Source of the DNA: Basidiobolus meristosporus CBS 931.73
Taxonomy: Eukaryota; Fungi; Basidiobolomycota
NCBI GenBank assembly: GCA_002104905.1
Contig: MCFE01000052.1
Coordinates: 131,876 to 195,875, forward strand
Direction of reading: 5' to 3'
DNA length: 64,000 bases
Shown: one piece after another, positions 28,027 through 41,900 of the stretch
Position numbering within the stretch: position 1 is the first letter of the stretch
Layout: the number at the start of each line of letters is the position of its first letter
Translations under genes and position numbers: made by a program
The notes under the pieces: generated by a model
The model's input: the letters and a program-made list of their open reading frames with translations, nothing else
Database searches by the model: none
Told to the model about the DNA's origin: nothing

Positions 28027-29052
28027 TTATAAAACAGTTAAAGTAGGTATGATAAGACGAAGGAAAACGATTTACTAAATAATGTAAGAAAAAGATTACA
28101 TGGAGCTTGAAAAGTCTACCGAAGGGGGAGTCGGGTATATTTATCGTACAACTGATGGTGAGCCGATTTTGGCTATGATTGTGGGTAAAAACTCTTTCCT
28201 CGAGGATACCATTGGAATTATAACCAAAAATATCCCCATGAAGGACCACTTTGTATGGAAAAAGAAAGAAATAACCCAATTGCGGAGAACACCAGCCAAA
28301 ATCGGTATTTTCTCATCACATCGAGTCTCTTTGATATACGCGTAATTCCAAAATACCTGATCGAAAAGACCCAGCAAGCCAATAAGAAGAACCGCCTTAC
28401 AATGGGATGGACGTAGTGGCTTTTTTTCAACAATCGAGTTTGTCCCACTCCTCTCCGGTCGATGTCATAGAGCATCACCTAACAGAATGGACTCAAATAT
28501 TTACTGACCATTCAGACGAAGCATAGATCCACTGGGTAGCCCAACCAAAACAAAAATCAAGTATTCCTCCGTGTGACATTATATTTTCCCGATTGGCTGA
28601 GCGAAAATGAGAGGGATAAATATTCCACAAATTAGATACAATTCAGTGCTAGGTGATTGCCATCTCCAACGCGTATGTGGAGTTTCAAGCACTCAGCATG
28701 GCCCTTGGGTAATCGAATAGGAGGCCGAAGCATTCGTTGTATCCGACTTTTCAAATGGTTCTCAGCTCATGCTGTCCAACCCATATGATGTAACAGCAGG
28801 GTAAATCGTGGGAACCAGGGGTTTGCCCAGAGTGGTATCGAATCTAGGCTGGGTCCATTCCATTTCTGCGGTTACAACAGCCCAGTGATCAGGTATTCTC
28901 ATCACCACTTCCCCATATATCCCTTTTGGCTATATATTCTAGTCACAAGGAGGAGCTCTGAGGGATTTAGATACTGTACCATGCGTGATCTGGATCCGAT
29001 ATCTTGCGAAGTGAGCCATGTCCATCCTCTAGGAATGGATCAAGGCCCCAAG

Positions 29053-29102
29053 CATCGAAATTAGCCATTCTGCATATCATCGAAATCAGCCATTCTGCAC
29101 AT
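29053..29102. repeat. 25-bp tandem duplication (2 copies, 2 mismatches) between the two velvet genes
   Basis: CATCGAAATTAGCCATTCTGCATAT followed by CATCGAAATCAGCCATTCTGCACAT. Confidence 0.85.
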
Positions 29103-30120
29103 GGCTTGGGATATCCATCTGTTTGGTAAGAAGATTACGTTACGAGGCAACTAGTTTAGCTTTGAGACATCGTGTCATGAGATTCTAAACTGGTGCCTTG
29201 TTTCAAATCAGGGAATTACATAATCCGCTAGCGGGAAAACCCGAGTATGGTTTCATTCAGTGACCAGTGAATGTAGTCAAGTGGCCAGTTAATATAGACT
29301 ACTGTGGCCTAAATATCAGCATGTATACAAGCAAATTACCACCAAACATGTAGTAGGTGCTTTCGTATCACTACACCATGGCACACTGGAATTGCGTTGT
29401 ACTGAGAGTAAAGATTCGATCAAAGGTCCAGCAATTTAGCAAAAGTAATCCGAAATAAAGAAGTGACTCAAACGATGGTAAAGCCTCAGTCAGATGATGA
29501 GCCTCGGGAATCTGTATCGACTGTAATTCCCAACAAAATTCCCCGATTCTCCTTACGAAAACCAGTTGACTACCCGAAGGACATCCTCAAATTTCTTGAC
29601 TCACACTATCCTTGCGGGAGATCCTGACTAATCAACACGGTTTCGTGGCGTCTTTATCAGGCTATAGTGGACTGTTTCCTGATTAATCTTGATCATTCGC
29701 TGCAACTCGATGTGTATCTTACGTCCCACGAAATGAGGTATTTTACGCTTCATAACATTTCGTATTTTTACCAACTCCGTATATACGTGCATCCAAGTGG
29801 CTAGCTATCCAAATCAGGTGCGAAATAAATTGAACCCACTGCATTCTTGAATCAACCAAGCTCATCCACCACCCGTTTAGGTAATGGCTGTTTGCTGGAG
29901 ATGAAGCCGGTTTCCGGATACTGGACTCGTTTTGCGACAATCCAATGGTTTATGCAAGATCATACCACTTGGATGAAAATATTTGGCATCGCCTATATAT
30001 ATGCCTCCAACTGCTCCGGTATTGTGGTTTTTTTCTTAATTTTACTGCTACCATACTTCTCACAATACTCTGCACTGCATTGGTCGACACCACACAGGAT
30101 TTTTGAACCTTTTGGCAACC

Positions 30121-31501
30121 ATGACTAAAGGATACTCAGCACAAAGCTATAAGTTTATCCAAAGCTCCGAGCGCTTTGGGTATCGTCCTGACAGGTAATT
30201 GAGATTGCATTGCGGTCAAGCAATAAAAGTACTCACATTATCTGGGATTAGGTCGTATCGCCTGATAATGCGCCAGCAGCCGCGGCAAGCTCGCCTATGT
30301 AGCTCCAAAGAAAAGGTGGACCGGCGACCGATCGATCCCCCTCCCGTTGTACAAATTTGCACAGATGGCGACAATGGAGAGGACGAATATCTTCAGAACC
30401 CTAATTTCATAGTCTACGTCTCCTTACTGTCAGACCAGGAAGAGCTTCAGGAAAAAATTCCACCGCGAAGGCTTGCAGGAACACTGGTATCTTCACTCCA
30501 CAAACTGAAGGACATTGATCAATGTGGTAAATATATTCGCCCACCTTTCATCAAACCTCAGTTCCTCAACCTTGTTAAACGTAGAGAAGGGATTTTTCAT
30601 TTTTCCGGATATCTCAGTAAGACTAGAGGGAAAATTTCGCCTTCGCTTTAATCTTTATGAGCTTATCAGGTGTGTGGCCTATATTATCGATCCATGCATC
30701 CGTCATAATCTCACTGGTTGCGTTGCTTAGTCAATCCGCAGTTCATCTCTGCTCAGTAGTTTCGGATGTATTCACAGTATATTCTCCTAAACTATTTCCC
30801 GGGATGTCAGAGTCGACCGCTTTGAGTCGAGTGTTCTCGGATCAAGGTGTGCGGATTCGTATCCGCAAAGATCGCCCAAGGTAAGCATCATGCTGTTTGG
30901 TCCTGAATGGTGCCAGAAAGATATTTACGATGAGCGTGATTGTAGGAGCAATGAACGAACAGAGCTTTTGGAGGTGGATGATGTATCCTTCAAAAAGCGC
31001 AAGGCCTCATCACCCTTATTGCGGGCTAGTGCCTCTCTACCCCACGAGAATATCAACTCTTACGAGAAATACAATGGTAGAGGCGCCGCGCTGTCGCCCA
31101 GCTCTGGACATAACTCAGATTTTGAGCAAGAGATCGATGATGAGATTATATCTCACCCTAGACATTCCTTCTCCCAATGTAAACCAGTCCACGCCAAAGG
31201 CCATTTATCGGAATCCGGTCTGTCGCGCCTTGGTTTCAATGAAAGGCGACCCTACTTCCGCCGAGATACCAACTTTTATCCAGCAGAGATTTCTGACCCT
31301 ATATCAGCATCGTACGCTCCATTGCACACACGCATTAGCAACCCGATTCAAATGGCGGAGAGCCGATCAGGCTTCAAGAGGGACACCAATTTCTATGTGA
31401 ACCCCGAGCCCGCACGAGGATCTTTGACCAAGCATGAGGATAAGGGATTTTCCCTTCTGTTTGACAACTACCTGCGTCAGAAAAACATCCCCCACTATTA
31501 A
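30121..31501 (+). CDS. Velvet-domain transcription regulator, paralogue 2 (multi-exon)
   Basis: ATG at 30121 and a phase-2 intron, then '[34 protein letters not shown]', '[16 protein letters not shown]', '[25 protein letters not shown]', '[26 protein letters not shown]'. Confidence 0.92.
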
Positions 31502-33007
31502 GCCGCCTGCCGATGTGTTATGAGTATATCGCCCATTGCCTCTCCAACATTTATGACTGATTTGTAAATAACTAGCCTCAAATTCATACTAATAGCTAGC
31601 CCAGGATTCATACACTGCGGTTAGGGGACCCGAATGAGCTCCTACATATTTGTTCAAAGCACCCTTTTTTACATATATTTTTGGCATGTTCACTGGCTCC
31701 TCAACATCCCCTTCGATTCTCCACTTCGGATATACTTCACCTATCGTTCTTCCCTACTTTCACAATAAACCATCGCGTCTCGATGATAATCAAATCTGAC
31801 TGGCCGTCAAGTTCGTTTCTCTCCGCGATAGTCGTAGATATATAGTATATTTGTACCTCCACCATTTCCTGGATCCAAGACGGACGGTCGCATTGACTAC
31901 ATTTCAGTCAATTAGAATGGCGAATCTTTATTCCGGAGTTTCTTGATATATCTTTGGAGGTAACCAGCCATTGTTAACTGACAATCGCTTAATCAAATGG
32001 TTGACTTCTGAACAAGTTTAAGCTGGTTTTACCGCTCTAGGAGGGGTCAGGTGAGACCGCCAGATTAGGTCAATCATAGTCCTTGAAATTGTCCCGAAAG
32101 CGCAGATGGCATTGTCATCACAAAGACTCGTGGTATGTAGTTGATATGGGTGGTACGCATGCTTGTTGGCAACTCTACATCCGCTTAGAGTCTGTACAAC
32201 GAAGTCAACGAATGCGGAATTTTCATCCTCTGGATTACTCCGGAGCACAACCATGTGTTTTGGCACTTGGAACTCAAGGAAAGTAAGGGTTGGTCCATTC
32301 GAAAGTCACACACCTTCGGTAGAATCAGAGAAAATTCCACTCGGGATTTCGTGATCCAACGTTACTGTGAGTCATTCCTTCGGTTATACAAGAAAACAGT
32401 GAATGAGTTTGGGAGAAAAAGTTGTATAAGCAAGTGGTGCATCTGGTGGTTGAAATGGTGTGTAGCACCTGTTCAACCAAAAGGTAAAACTAAGGATTGC
32501 TCAACCATCCCTTAAGAGTATTCGGCACAGTGGAGATGCTGAGGAGTACTAGCCTGACTACCGTGTTTGCAGAAGATTCCGTTAGAATAGGAAAATCATG
32601 GCGAAATTCGAGTGAAGTCCTGTTAACAGGCTGAATGCAGTGATGACTGGTATATCAAATACTTTTTGCTATTTGGATATGTATGATCCGTGATACTTGA
32701 CGTTAATAACTCATGATCGTAGATTGAGATTTTATATTCAATAGAATGCCGCAGCTAGCGCCTGAGTTCATCGTGTTCTTTGCGCATTTACTGTTTCTCA
32801 AATCAATTGGGTTTCCGATCCTTTACCATTTAAAGATAGATTCGCAAAATCCAGGAAACTTACTCAGGAGTTAATCAAATATGTAGATTTAACCATAAAA
32901 CCAGTATCAAGCATATCATAAATTCTTACCTATTCAAGACAAATGAAGTTTGACTATATGTAAACACACCAGCCCTACAACCGGCACTCCACTTTCTTCC
33001 AACATAT

Positions 33008-34666
33008 ATGCTTGATCACCAAAGGAATCCCGTACAGGATGGTGTCAAAAGCCCTCAAGAACAGCCTCCCTCCTTTGAAACTCTTTTGGAAAATTTTCGT
33101 AGCTCCACAAAATTTCAATCCAATCTAGTTGCAATACTTGGGCAATCTTTTGATAAGATAGGTACGTTTTTGCACTGTATTCCTCCACTTCGTTTCAAGA
33201 TACCTTCTGTAGAATATATCCCAAAATAAAAGCGGCATTTTAGCTAACTTTCTCGAGGAATCGGTCTGCACTTCAACAGAGAAGTTCCACTTTCCTCCTC
33301 CGCCGAAGACCACTTTAGAAACTAGGGTTTGGAGGGGATTTTTCGAAAGAGACGCAGAAATCAAAAATCCCGAGTATAACGAGCTTGTTATTCGCAAATT
33401 CCAAATCAACCCCTATGTTGGTGTTTTAGATGAGCCAGAGACTTCTCGAGCCGACAGGTATGAGAAAAAGACTACGGTGGAAGAGGGAGGAAGGCTTTAG
33501 CGATTATGTTGACTATAAGCTAATGCTCGAATACTTTTCAATCGAACTACAGTGGCAGCACACTCAGCGAAGACTATCTCACGCTACGTGAATTCCAGAA
33601 CAAAGAATGGGCTGTGGATACGTAAGTTTTTTGTTAGAAGAGTTTAACGTAACCTTTTTTCGTTGATTGATCGGATTTATTCGCAGTGTTGCATTTGGGG
33701 TCAAGCTCGCAAAGGAATGCAAATACGACGAAGCCATAAGGCAGTATAATCATGCGCTAGAGATATACGGAAAATGTAAAGAGGCGTTTATTGCTCGTGG
33801 GGCAGCGTACGTATACCAGCATGGTGGTTTATGCACATGTGATATTCCTAATGGTTTCCCCAGTCTCGCAAATACTGGTGCTCTTTTCAAAGCAGTGGAC
33901 GAGTTCAAGAAAGCTCTAGATATTGATCCCGAGCATTCCAACGCCAAATCCTACTTAGAGGCAACTCTGGAGAAGATCAAGGCTGAGGTAGGTATTCGTG
34001 TGCAAGTGGGATAAAGAGTTGGAACTAACCTATTTCAAGAATCTGACTCAGACAAAGTCTACGCACGAGAAAAATGAGCTAAGCCCTCAAAAAAGAGAGC
34101 ATGACCGCGAACGTCACCATGAAGATGACGATTGCGACAGAAGCAGGCCCAAGAAGAAACACAAGAAAGAAAAAAGCAAGAAGAAAAAGAAGAAAAGTCG
34201 TCGCCATAGCAGACGTTATGATTCCGACGAAAGCGAAGGTCGTTCGGATGATTCCTATAGATCGAGGACAATGTCGCCTAACGAAAAAACCCGCTCTCAC
34301 TCAGTCGAATCAAGGTCTTCGGAGTACGGGCATCGACACCGGAGTCGGAGAGGAAATGAGTCCCATGGTGCGGATGAGAGATCTCAGCGTAGCCAAGGGC
34401 ACTCTGCCGCGTCGAAGGATTGTCCAGACAACCATCAATCGGAGAGTCAAAGCACCCTGCCAGATAAGCCAAGCGAGTACCAGTATTACGGGCCAGAAAA
34501 AATTGATTTTGCACTGGTGGATGGCAATCAATCCAGGGAGGATCGCCGTGAGAGTGCACACAATAGCGGCTCTAGCCGGAGTTCTCGGCGGAGAAGCCAC
34601 CGGCATCGAACCCGGTCTCGTTCCCGCAGTAGGGATTACCATAGAGATAGGCATCACCGTCGTTAA
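33008..34666 (+). CDS. TPR-repeat protein with Arg/Ser/Lys-rich C-terminus (TTC14-like); exon boundaries approximate
   Basis: TPR pairs 'YDEAIRQYNHALEIYGKCKEAFIARGAA' and 'AVDEFKKALDIDPEHSNAKSYL'. Tail rich in KKK and RSRSRSR. The TTC14 assignment is from memory of the domain architecture. Confidence 0.7.
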
Positions 34667-35052
34667 ATGCAGTGGGGGTTTTCCTACGTGGCTCCAGTGC
34701 TTTCGCCAAAAGGCTCGGGAAATTTTGACATCTAGTCGTTTCCCAGATAAACCCATGAATCAATAAATTCCGCACTTCCAATCAATCAATTAAATAGCGA
34801 CCAATAAATGCTTATCGACTCCCACCAGCTATGTTTTGGTGGCAATCGTAGGTGTCCCCAAATTTGATTCATCTTCTATTACTGCAACAATTTACGTTGA
34901 TGCCATTCCATGGCCTTTTTCTCGCTGTACGCCTCGCGTTTCCAATAGAGATAACTAACGCGTTTTCGGAATTGTAGTTTACCATTAATTATACATCAGG
35001 AATAGTATTAGAAAAAGTAGCTGAAAGTATACTTTAGACAGAGACTGCATTA

Positions 35053-38000
35053 ATGTCAAATCCTTTTCAGCAGAATCCAGATTTATGGCAACAGCTTCAA
35101 CAGCAACAATTGCTACAACATCGTCAACAGCTGTTACAACAACAACAACAGCAACAGCAACAGATGCTACAGCAATCGCCATCAAATCAAGGACAACCCC
35201 AGCAATCTACAACGCAGCGATCTTTTGCGGGCCTACAAAACAGTCAGTTCATGAGCTCTAGTCAGCAGCAACAGCTTTTATTTATGAGAAATCAGCAAAT
35301 GCAGCAGCAGCAATCCAGTGCCTCACAGAACAATTTTCAGGAGCAGGAGGCTTATGGTTCTGGTCCCAAGGAGGATTCTTTGAACATCGGGTCGTCCGGT
35401 TTCTTAAATTCCACTTTACCCCAGTTGCAAGCCAACCAGCAATCTGGATTTTCACACAACCTTGGTGCCAATCCAATTCCTGGTTCTTCCTCTCTACAAA
35501 TGCCAAACATGTATTCTTCCCTCCAAAACAACGTGCCAACTTCTAGAGCGATGGGCCTCTCTCGTCACTCGCCGATACCGCAACAAACTAATGAGCAAAA
35601 TCAAACGAATCACTTTGGTGCTGGTGGGGTCTTTCCAGGTAACAATGGCTTGGAGCAAAGTTACTCCAACGATTCTGCCCAGTTCCTGGGGAACAGCCCT
35701 TTGAATGCAACCTTACTCTCTCAGCAAGCGCAGCCGATCACTGTTCAACAACAGTATGCACAAATGTTGGCCTCTAAGCACCGGCAATCGATCGGTTCCC
35801 AAGGGTCCATCGGCTCTACGCAAGCTAGTTTTGGGAATTTCACTAAAGAATCATCTCCGTTACAAAGTGGACAGGCAAGCCAACAACAATTGCAGTCAAT
35901 CATGCAGCAACGCCGAAGTCGGCAATCAACGCCTCAGAGCGGTCAGCTTCCTCAACTACAGCCGCGGCAGCAAAGCCAACAGCCCTCTCCTGTATTGAAC
36001 GTGCAACGGGTCCAGCAACCGGAGACGGGCCAATTGAACCCTCAGCTACAATCCGCTAGAAACCTGCAAACACAGCAAGAAGCAGCCAGAATGCGTTCCG
36101 AGTCGTTGCCGAAAGGTCTGTCATCGAAGGGAACCCCTCCTATACCTGATTCACGGCCTATACCTACGCAGTATCCAACAAACTCGACCTTTCCCGAACG
36201 AGTAAGTCAGTATCAATCACCCGAGCCGGCCCGACTAGATAGAGTAAGGAGTAGCCTTTCGCCCACTCATTTTCAAGAGCAAAGCGCCCAGGCCAGCACC
36301 GGCGAAACAATGTCGAACTCGGCTGATCAGGTCAGTGCTAATGGGTACGCCGAGAGCGATGTAGCGGAGGAAGAAGAGCAAGCTGCTGTTGATCCAGGTA
36401 ATGATTGTTTTCATACGTGTCAAAAAATGGGGAATTTTTCTCACACAACTGGCTCCTTTAGAGCTGCTGAAAAAGCAACAATCTTTGGCCGAGGTGTATA
36501 CAAAGAGGGAGAAGCAGTACAAAGTAATTCTCGAAAAACAGCAAGCACGCCAAAACCAACTGCTGAACCGGAAACGCCAGGAGGTCGAGTTGATGGTTAT
36601 GGAGCAGCGAAATGTGTCAATCAACGGCCCTTACGCTTTTGGGCTTGGCTACAATGGGTATGGCAATGGATTTACTGGACAGCGATTCCAAATCATCCTG
36701 CCCTCCAGAAGAAAGCGAGTTCGTAAATCGAGGGAATTCAAATTGTAAAGTCATTGATGTGGTCGTTTGAGTGTACCGAGTATTAACTTGCCAATCAATT
36801 ACTCTAGCTCAAGGGACAAGTTAAGAGAGCAGGCTGACCAAGAGGAATCTCTTGTGCCAATTCGGCTGGAGGTTGATGGTGAAGGGCAGAAGCTGAGAGA
36901 CACGTTTACCTGGAATGTCAATGGTATATTTTCAATGCATGTACTATTTCCATTTTACTGGCTTTTGTCTGACCGGAATTTCTTGCAGATACCACCATCA
37001 GTTACGAGCATTTTGCTGAAGTGCTGTGTGAGGATTTTCACCTGTCACCTTCTACATTTGTGCCATCCATCGTCAGCTCGATTAAAGAGCAAGTGGAAGA
37101 CTTCTTGATCCATAACCGAAAGCCCACTGCAGAGAGTGATGAAGTTTCAAAGGAATCGCCGGCAGAGGGAGAGTCCCAATCGTATGAAGTTGACGAGCTG
37201 GAACAGCCATTTGAGGGAATAGATTCGGAGTTGCGGATCCAAATCAAGATCGACATAACCGTTGGAAACGTGTCCCTGCTGGATCAATTTGAATGGGATA
37301 TCAATTGTCCGAACAACGATCCGGAACAGTTTGCCGAAGTGCTGGCTAATGAGCTTGGCTTGGGTGGAGAATTCAAGTACAGTTCTCACAAATTTCACGG
37401 AAATCAGTCCGATTTTGGTGATTAACCTCGTATTCAAATATAGAACCGCCATTGCGCACTCGATACGCGAGCAGATCTATATCTACATGAAGTCGCTGTT
37501 GCTGCTGGGATACTCTTTTGACGGCTCACCCATCTACGACGGAGAGCTCGCATCAAGCTTTCTTCCCAACGTCATTGAGGCTATTCGTGACGAGGAGTCC
37601 GTGGATCAATATACGCCTATGCTTGTAGAATTAACCGATGCCGAAGTGGAGAAATTAGAACGTGACAGAGAAAGGGAGACAAGGTAAGCAACAGGAGACA
37701 TCTAGCTTATTCGACATCAATCACTGACTTTGGATTAGACGTAAACGCCGTCAGAACCGCGGACGTAGAGGTGTTGTCTTACCAGATAGAGACCCACCGA
37801 AGACAAGTCGCTCGTTAATTATGCCACCGTCGATGGATAATGGCCAGACTGGCTCGGATGGCTCCACTACACCAAGCACACCCAATATTTGGAAGACTCA
37901 TCTGACGGGGACTAGCTTTGGCCAGTCGCATTCCTCCACTCCCATTCTCTCCAGTAGCAATTTATCCGCTCTCTCCAGGACATCGGCCAGAATTCGAGCC

Positions 38001-38610
38001 AAGGCTGATTCGCCAAGCCGTACTACTCCCGTAAGAGAGGTTACGCGCCGAACACCTTCCAGGGTTGACAAGGGCCTTGATGACTGGGCCTGTGCTAACT
38101 GTGGGTGTTCCTCCAGTAGTACGCCTCTACTGAGAAAAGGGCCCAACGGAGACAAGGTGGGCTCACTTCAAGATTTCCCCCATTCATCAGTTACTGACCG
38201 CTCTTTCATCTATTTACAGACGTTATGCAACGCATGTGGTAGGTCTTCAAGGTGATGTTTACACACCAGTCCGGTGCTAACCTAAATTTGAACTAGGCCT
38301 ATATTATCAGAAAAACAACACGCCACGGCCTGTGAAAGTCATGCCAACCAATGTCACGGATACCCCAACTGGGCCACGCACCCAATTCGCTCACACCCCA
38401 TCACAACTTCACCTTTCGACCGCTGCCAATGATTCGGATACACATAGAATTGCGCAGACTGTATCATCCACCCCGGCCTCCTTACCGCTTAATTCCCATT
38501 CAATATATTCGAACCCACCGTTATCACAAGCGCCCAACCCCTTGCCGCACATGAGCAACAATCACATCCCCGTCTCCACGAAAGAAACGGATACTTCATT
38601 CCCGAGGTAA
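35053..38610 (+). CDS. SNF5: SWI/SNF subunit Snf5/Sfh1 family protein with Gln-rich N-terminus and C-terminal GATA-type zinc finger (multi-exon)
   Basis: SNF5 repeats '[18 protein letters not shown]' and 'LLDQFEWDI...[28 protein letters not shown]'. Zinc finger '[22 protein letters not shown]|TLCNACG|LYY' across two introns. Confidence 0.88.
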
Positions 38611-38933
38611 AAGATCACCGCCCCTCTCATCCAACATCCCACATTCCTCCTCCTCCTCCCCCACACAACACAATAAATACTTAATACCAGAATGGTTGCT
38701 GGCGGGTAGTTTGGCGGCGGTCTCGTGCGACTCAGGCGATGAATCAAAGTAGAATTTATTTTTGATTTTATACATGAGGATATCGATTTTCATGATGATC
38801 ACAAGGGCGAGATTAACATTGGTTGTTTGTACTTCCCAGTAATCTATTCTACCATCCGCCGGAACGGAACGGAACGAAACGGAACAGAAGGGAGCTGGGC
38901 TGAATTCAGATAAGATTACAACAAAATTGAAGT

Positions 38934-41900
38934 TTACTGGATGTCGAGAGTCTTCTTCAATTTCACCACCAAGGCCCACTCCTCCTTGGACAGATCATTA
39001 CGGAAGGATTCCTTCAAGATGTCAATGGATCCACGGGTGATGCGAGAGTAAAGCTCATCGGACTCAACGAAATGTCTACCGAAAGTCTTGGGGGTCTCAT
39101 AGACGGCGCATTCAATCTTGATGGCGATACCACCACCGGCTTGTCCCTTCTTGACTTGGTCGACGCTCTTGTGGTTCTGTTCCATACTGGTGACACGTCC
39201 AAGGGTGGTAATTTCCTTCTTACCGGTGACTGGGTCGGGTCTGACCACACAGATGGGAGTGCCCGATCTCAAGACACCCTCAACGACATCCACACCAAGG
39301 ATAAGAGGGTCTCTCTTGTTGAAGACGCATCCGGGAATGATCTTGAGAACGCAGGGGAACACAGCCTGTGGAGCTTGGTCCTTTCTCTTCTGCTCGACGA
39401 TCTCTTGATTGTAGGCGGTGAATTGATCGAACAAGTGATAAATAATATCTGCCTTGAACACCTTGACACCAAATTCATCAGCCAAATCTTGAGCATCTTT
39501 GTCGACCTTAACATCGAAGCAGAGCATTACGGCGAATTCCTTGGCCTTCTCAAGCATCACTGAGGCTCGGATGATATCCTTCTTGTGGACTGGACCGATG
39601 TTGATACCGGAGACTGGGATGTTGGAGGTACGCAAGAATTCCAACAAAGCTTCCAGGGATCCAAGTGTAGAGGCCTGTACGCATACACCACGACCAGTGG
39701 TATCGATGTAGCTTTGCAAGTTCTGCAAATCGGACATGACTTCGTCCATGAGGTCCTCCTCGTCGTCATCAGGTCCAACAACAAGAAGTCGAGAACCAGC
39801 AATGGCCTTATCGAGATCCTGGGCAGAAATCTTGATACCAAGGGCGGCCTTGACAGACTTGTGATGAACATAGGCCGATTTGACACGAAGTTCACGAAGA
39901 GGTTGAGGAGTCAAGAGCGCACGAACTGTGGTTACAATGGGGCCGTTCAGACCACACACCACAATCCTATCTCCCTCGTTCAACACACCGTTGGACAACA
40001 CGACATCGATGGTGGTACCAAGACCTTCAATAACCTTGACTTCAAGCACGGTACACTCAAGCTCAGAAAGATACATAAGCTTGTCACTCATTCTGGTCTG
40101 AGTCAAATGCACAAGCAAATTCAACAAGTCAGGGATACCTTCACCAGTAATGGCGGAAGTAGGGATCAAGGACACGTTACGACCCAAGTTCTTGTTGTCA
40201 AAGTAAAGGCAGGCGTTGAGACCTTGTTCGGCGAACTCGGTGATGGTCTTGGTGACACGGTTTTCGAACTCACGCTTAACGTTGGCATTCTGTTTCTCAT
40301 ACGAGTCGCGGAATGAGTTGTTGGGGATTTGTTCCCATCCGTAAATACGATCGATCTTGTTCAAGGCGACAACGAAAGGAGTCTTTTTGTCTCTAAGCAA
40401 TCTCAGTGATTCGAGAGTTTGAGGCTCTAATCCGTGCATGATATCCACAACAAGAACGGCGATGTTACAGAGAGAAGAACCACGGGAACGCAAGTTGGTG
40501 AAAGATTCGTGACCAGGGGTATCAATAACCAAAAGACCAGGAAGCTTGTACTCCATGTCACTTTTGAGGACGGCAGTCTTCTGCTTGATGGCGTCCATGG
40601 GGAAATAGGTGGCACCAATCTGCTGGGTAATACCACCAGCTTCTCCTTCTTGAACATTGGTTTGACGGATTTTATCTAGGAGCTTGGTTTTACCGGTATC
40701 TACGTGACCGAGAATACAGCAAATTGGGGAGCGGAGATCATCCTTAGATCTTGCAGCCATGGCCTCCTCGTGACGTTTGTGACGACGCTCAGCAGCCTCT
40801 TGCTTACGCTGGAGAGCTTGTTTTTGAGCGGTAGTGAGTTCTTCGTCAGAATCATCTTCACTGTCATAGTCACTGGAGTCCTCGTCGGAGTCTTCCTCAG
40901 AGTCATCTTCCGATCCGTCCGATTCCTCAGATTCGTCGGATTCGGATTTAGTGGCCGGTTTGGCTGCGGGTTTAGGTGTAGGCTTAGGTTCAGCCTTAGG
41001 CTCAGCTGGTGCAGGAGCTTTGGCCTCTGGCTTCTCTTCATCTTCAGACGAGTCGTCCCAGTTATCCTTGGTAGCTTCTTCTTTTTCATCCTCGCTAGAC
41101 ATTTCCCAGGATTCCTTGACTTCCTCCTCTTGAGGTTTTTCATCCTCACTAGACATTTCCCAGGACTCCTTGGCCTCGACCTCCTCTTCAGGCTCTGGCT
41201 TGGCCTCCACCTTAGGCTTGACAGGTTCTGGCTTCTTCTCGACTGGCTCCTTCTTTTGGTTGTTGTTCTTCTTTCTCTTGCCATAAACAACCTTCTTGGG
41301 CTTATTGTCGTTTTCTTGCTGCTCGGCAATACCTTGAACAATGACACCAGAGTCAAGCATTTGTTGAAGTCTTAATTCGGCCAATCTCTTAGCCTCCTTC
41401 TCTTTCTTTGACAAGAGTTTTCCTTCTTTTTTCAGCTGCTCGCGCTTGGCCTTCTCCTTTTCCTTCTTCTTTCTCTTGGCCTCTTCGGCAGCACGCTCCT
41501 CCTCCTCAATTCTCTTGCGTTCTTCCTCGAGTTTACGTTTTTCCTCTTCCTCCTTCAACCTTTCTTCCTCCTCGGCCAACCTCTGAGCCTCTAGCATCTT
41601 TTGCAAAGCAGCGATATTTGGTCCACCCTTCTTTTTCTTGGGCTTCTCCTCCTCAGCGGCCTTCTTCTTCTTCTTCTTCTTTTTCTTATCCTTGGCACTC
41701 TTGCTCTCGCCTTCAGCCTCTTCGTCATCAGAGTCTTGGGGAGTAGCTTCGGCGACTTCCTGGACTGGAGATTCAACTGGAGTCTCTACAGGCTTCTGCT
41801 CCTCAGCAGGCTTAGAAGCGTTCTGAGCCTTCTTTTCCTGGGCCTTCTTCTTCTTGGCCTCCTTCTGCTTCTCCTTCTTTTCTCTCTCCTTCTCCTTCTT

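Noticed and set aside
31600-33000. Small ORFs between velvet 2 and the TPR gene
   Set aside because: No recognisable domains or consistent exon structure.
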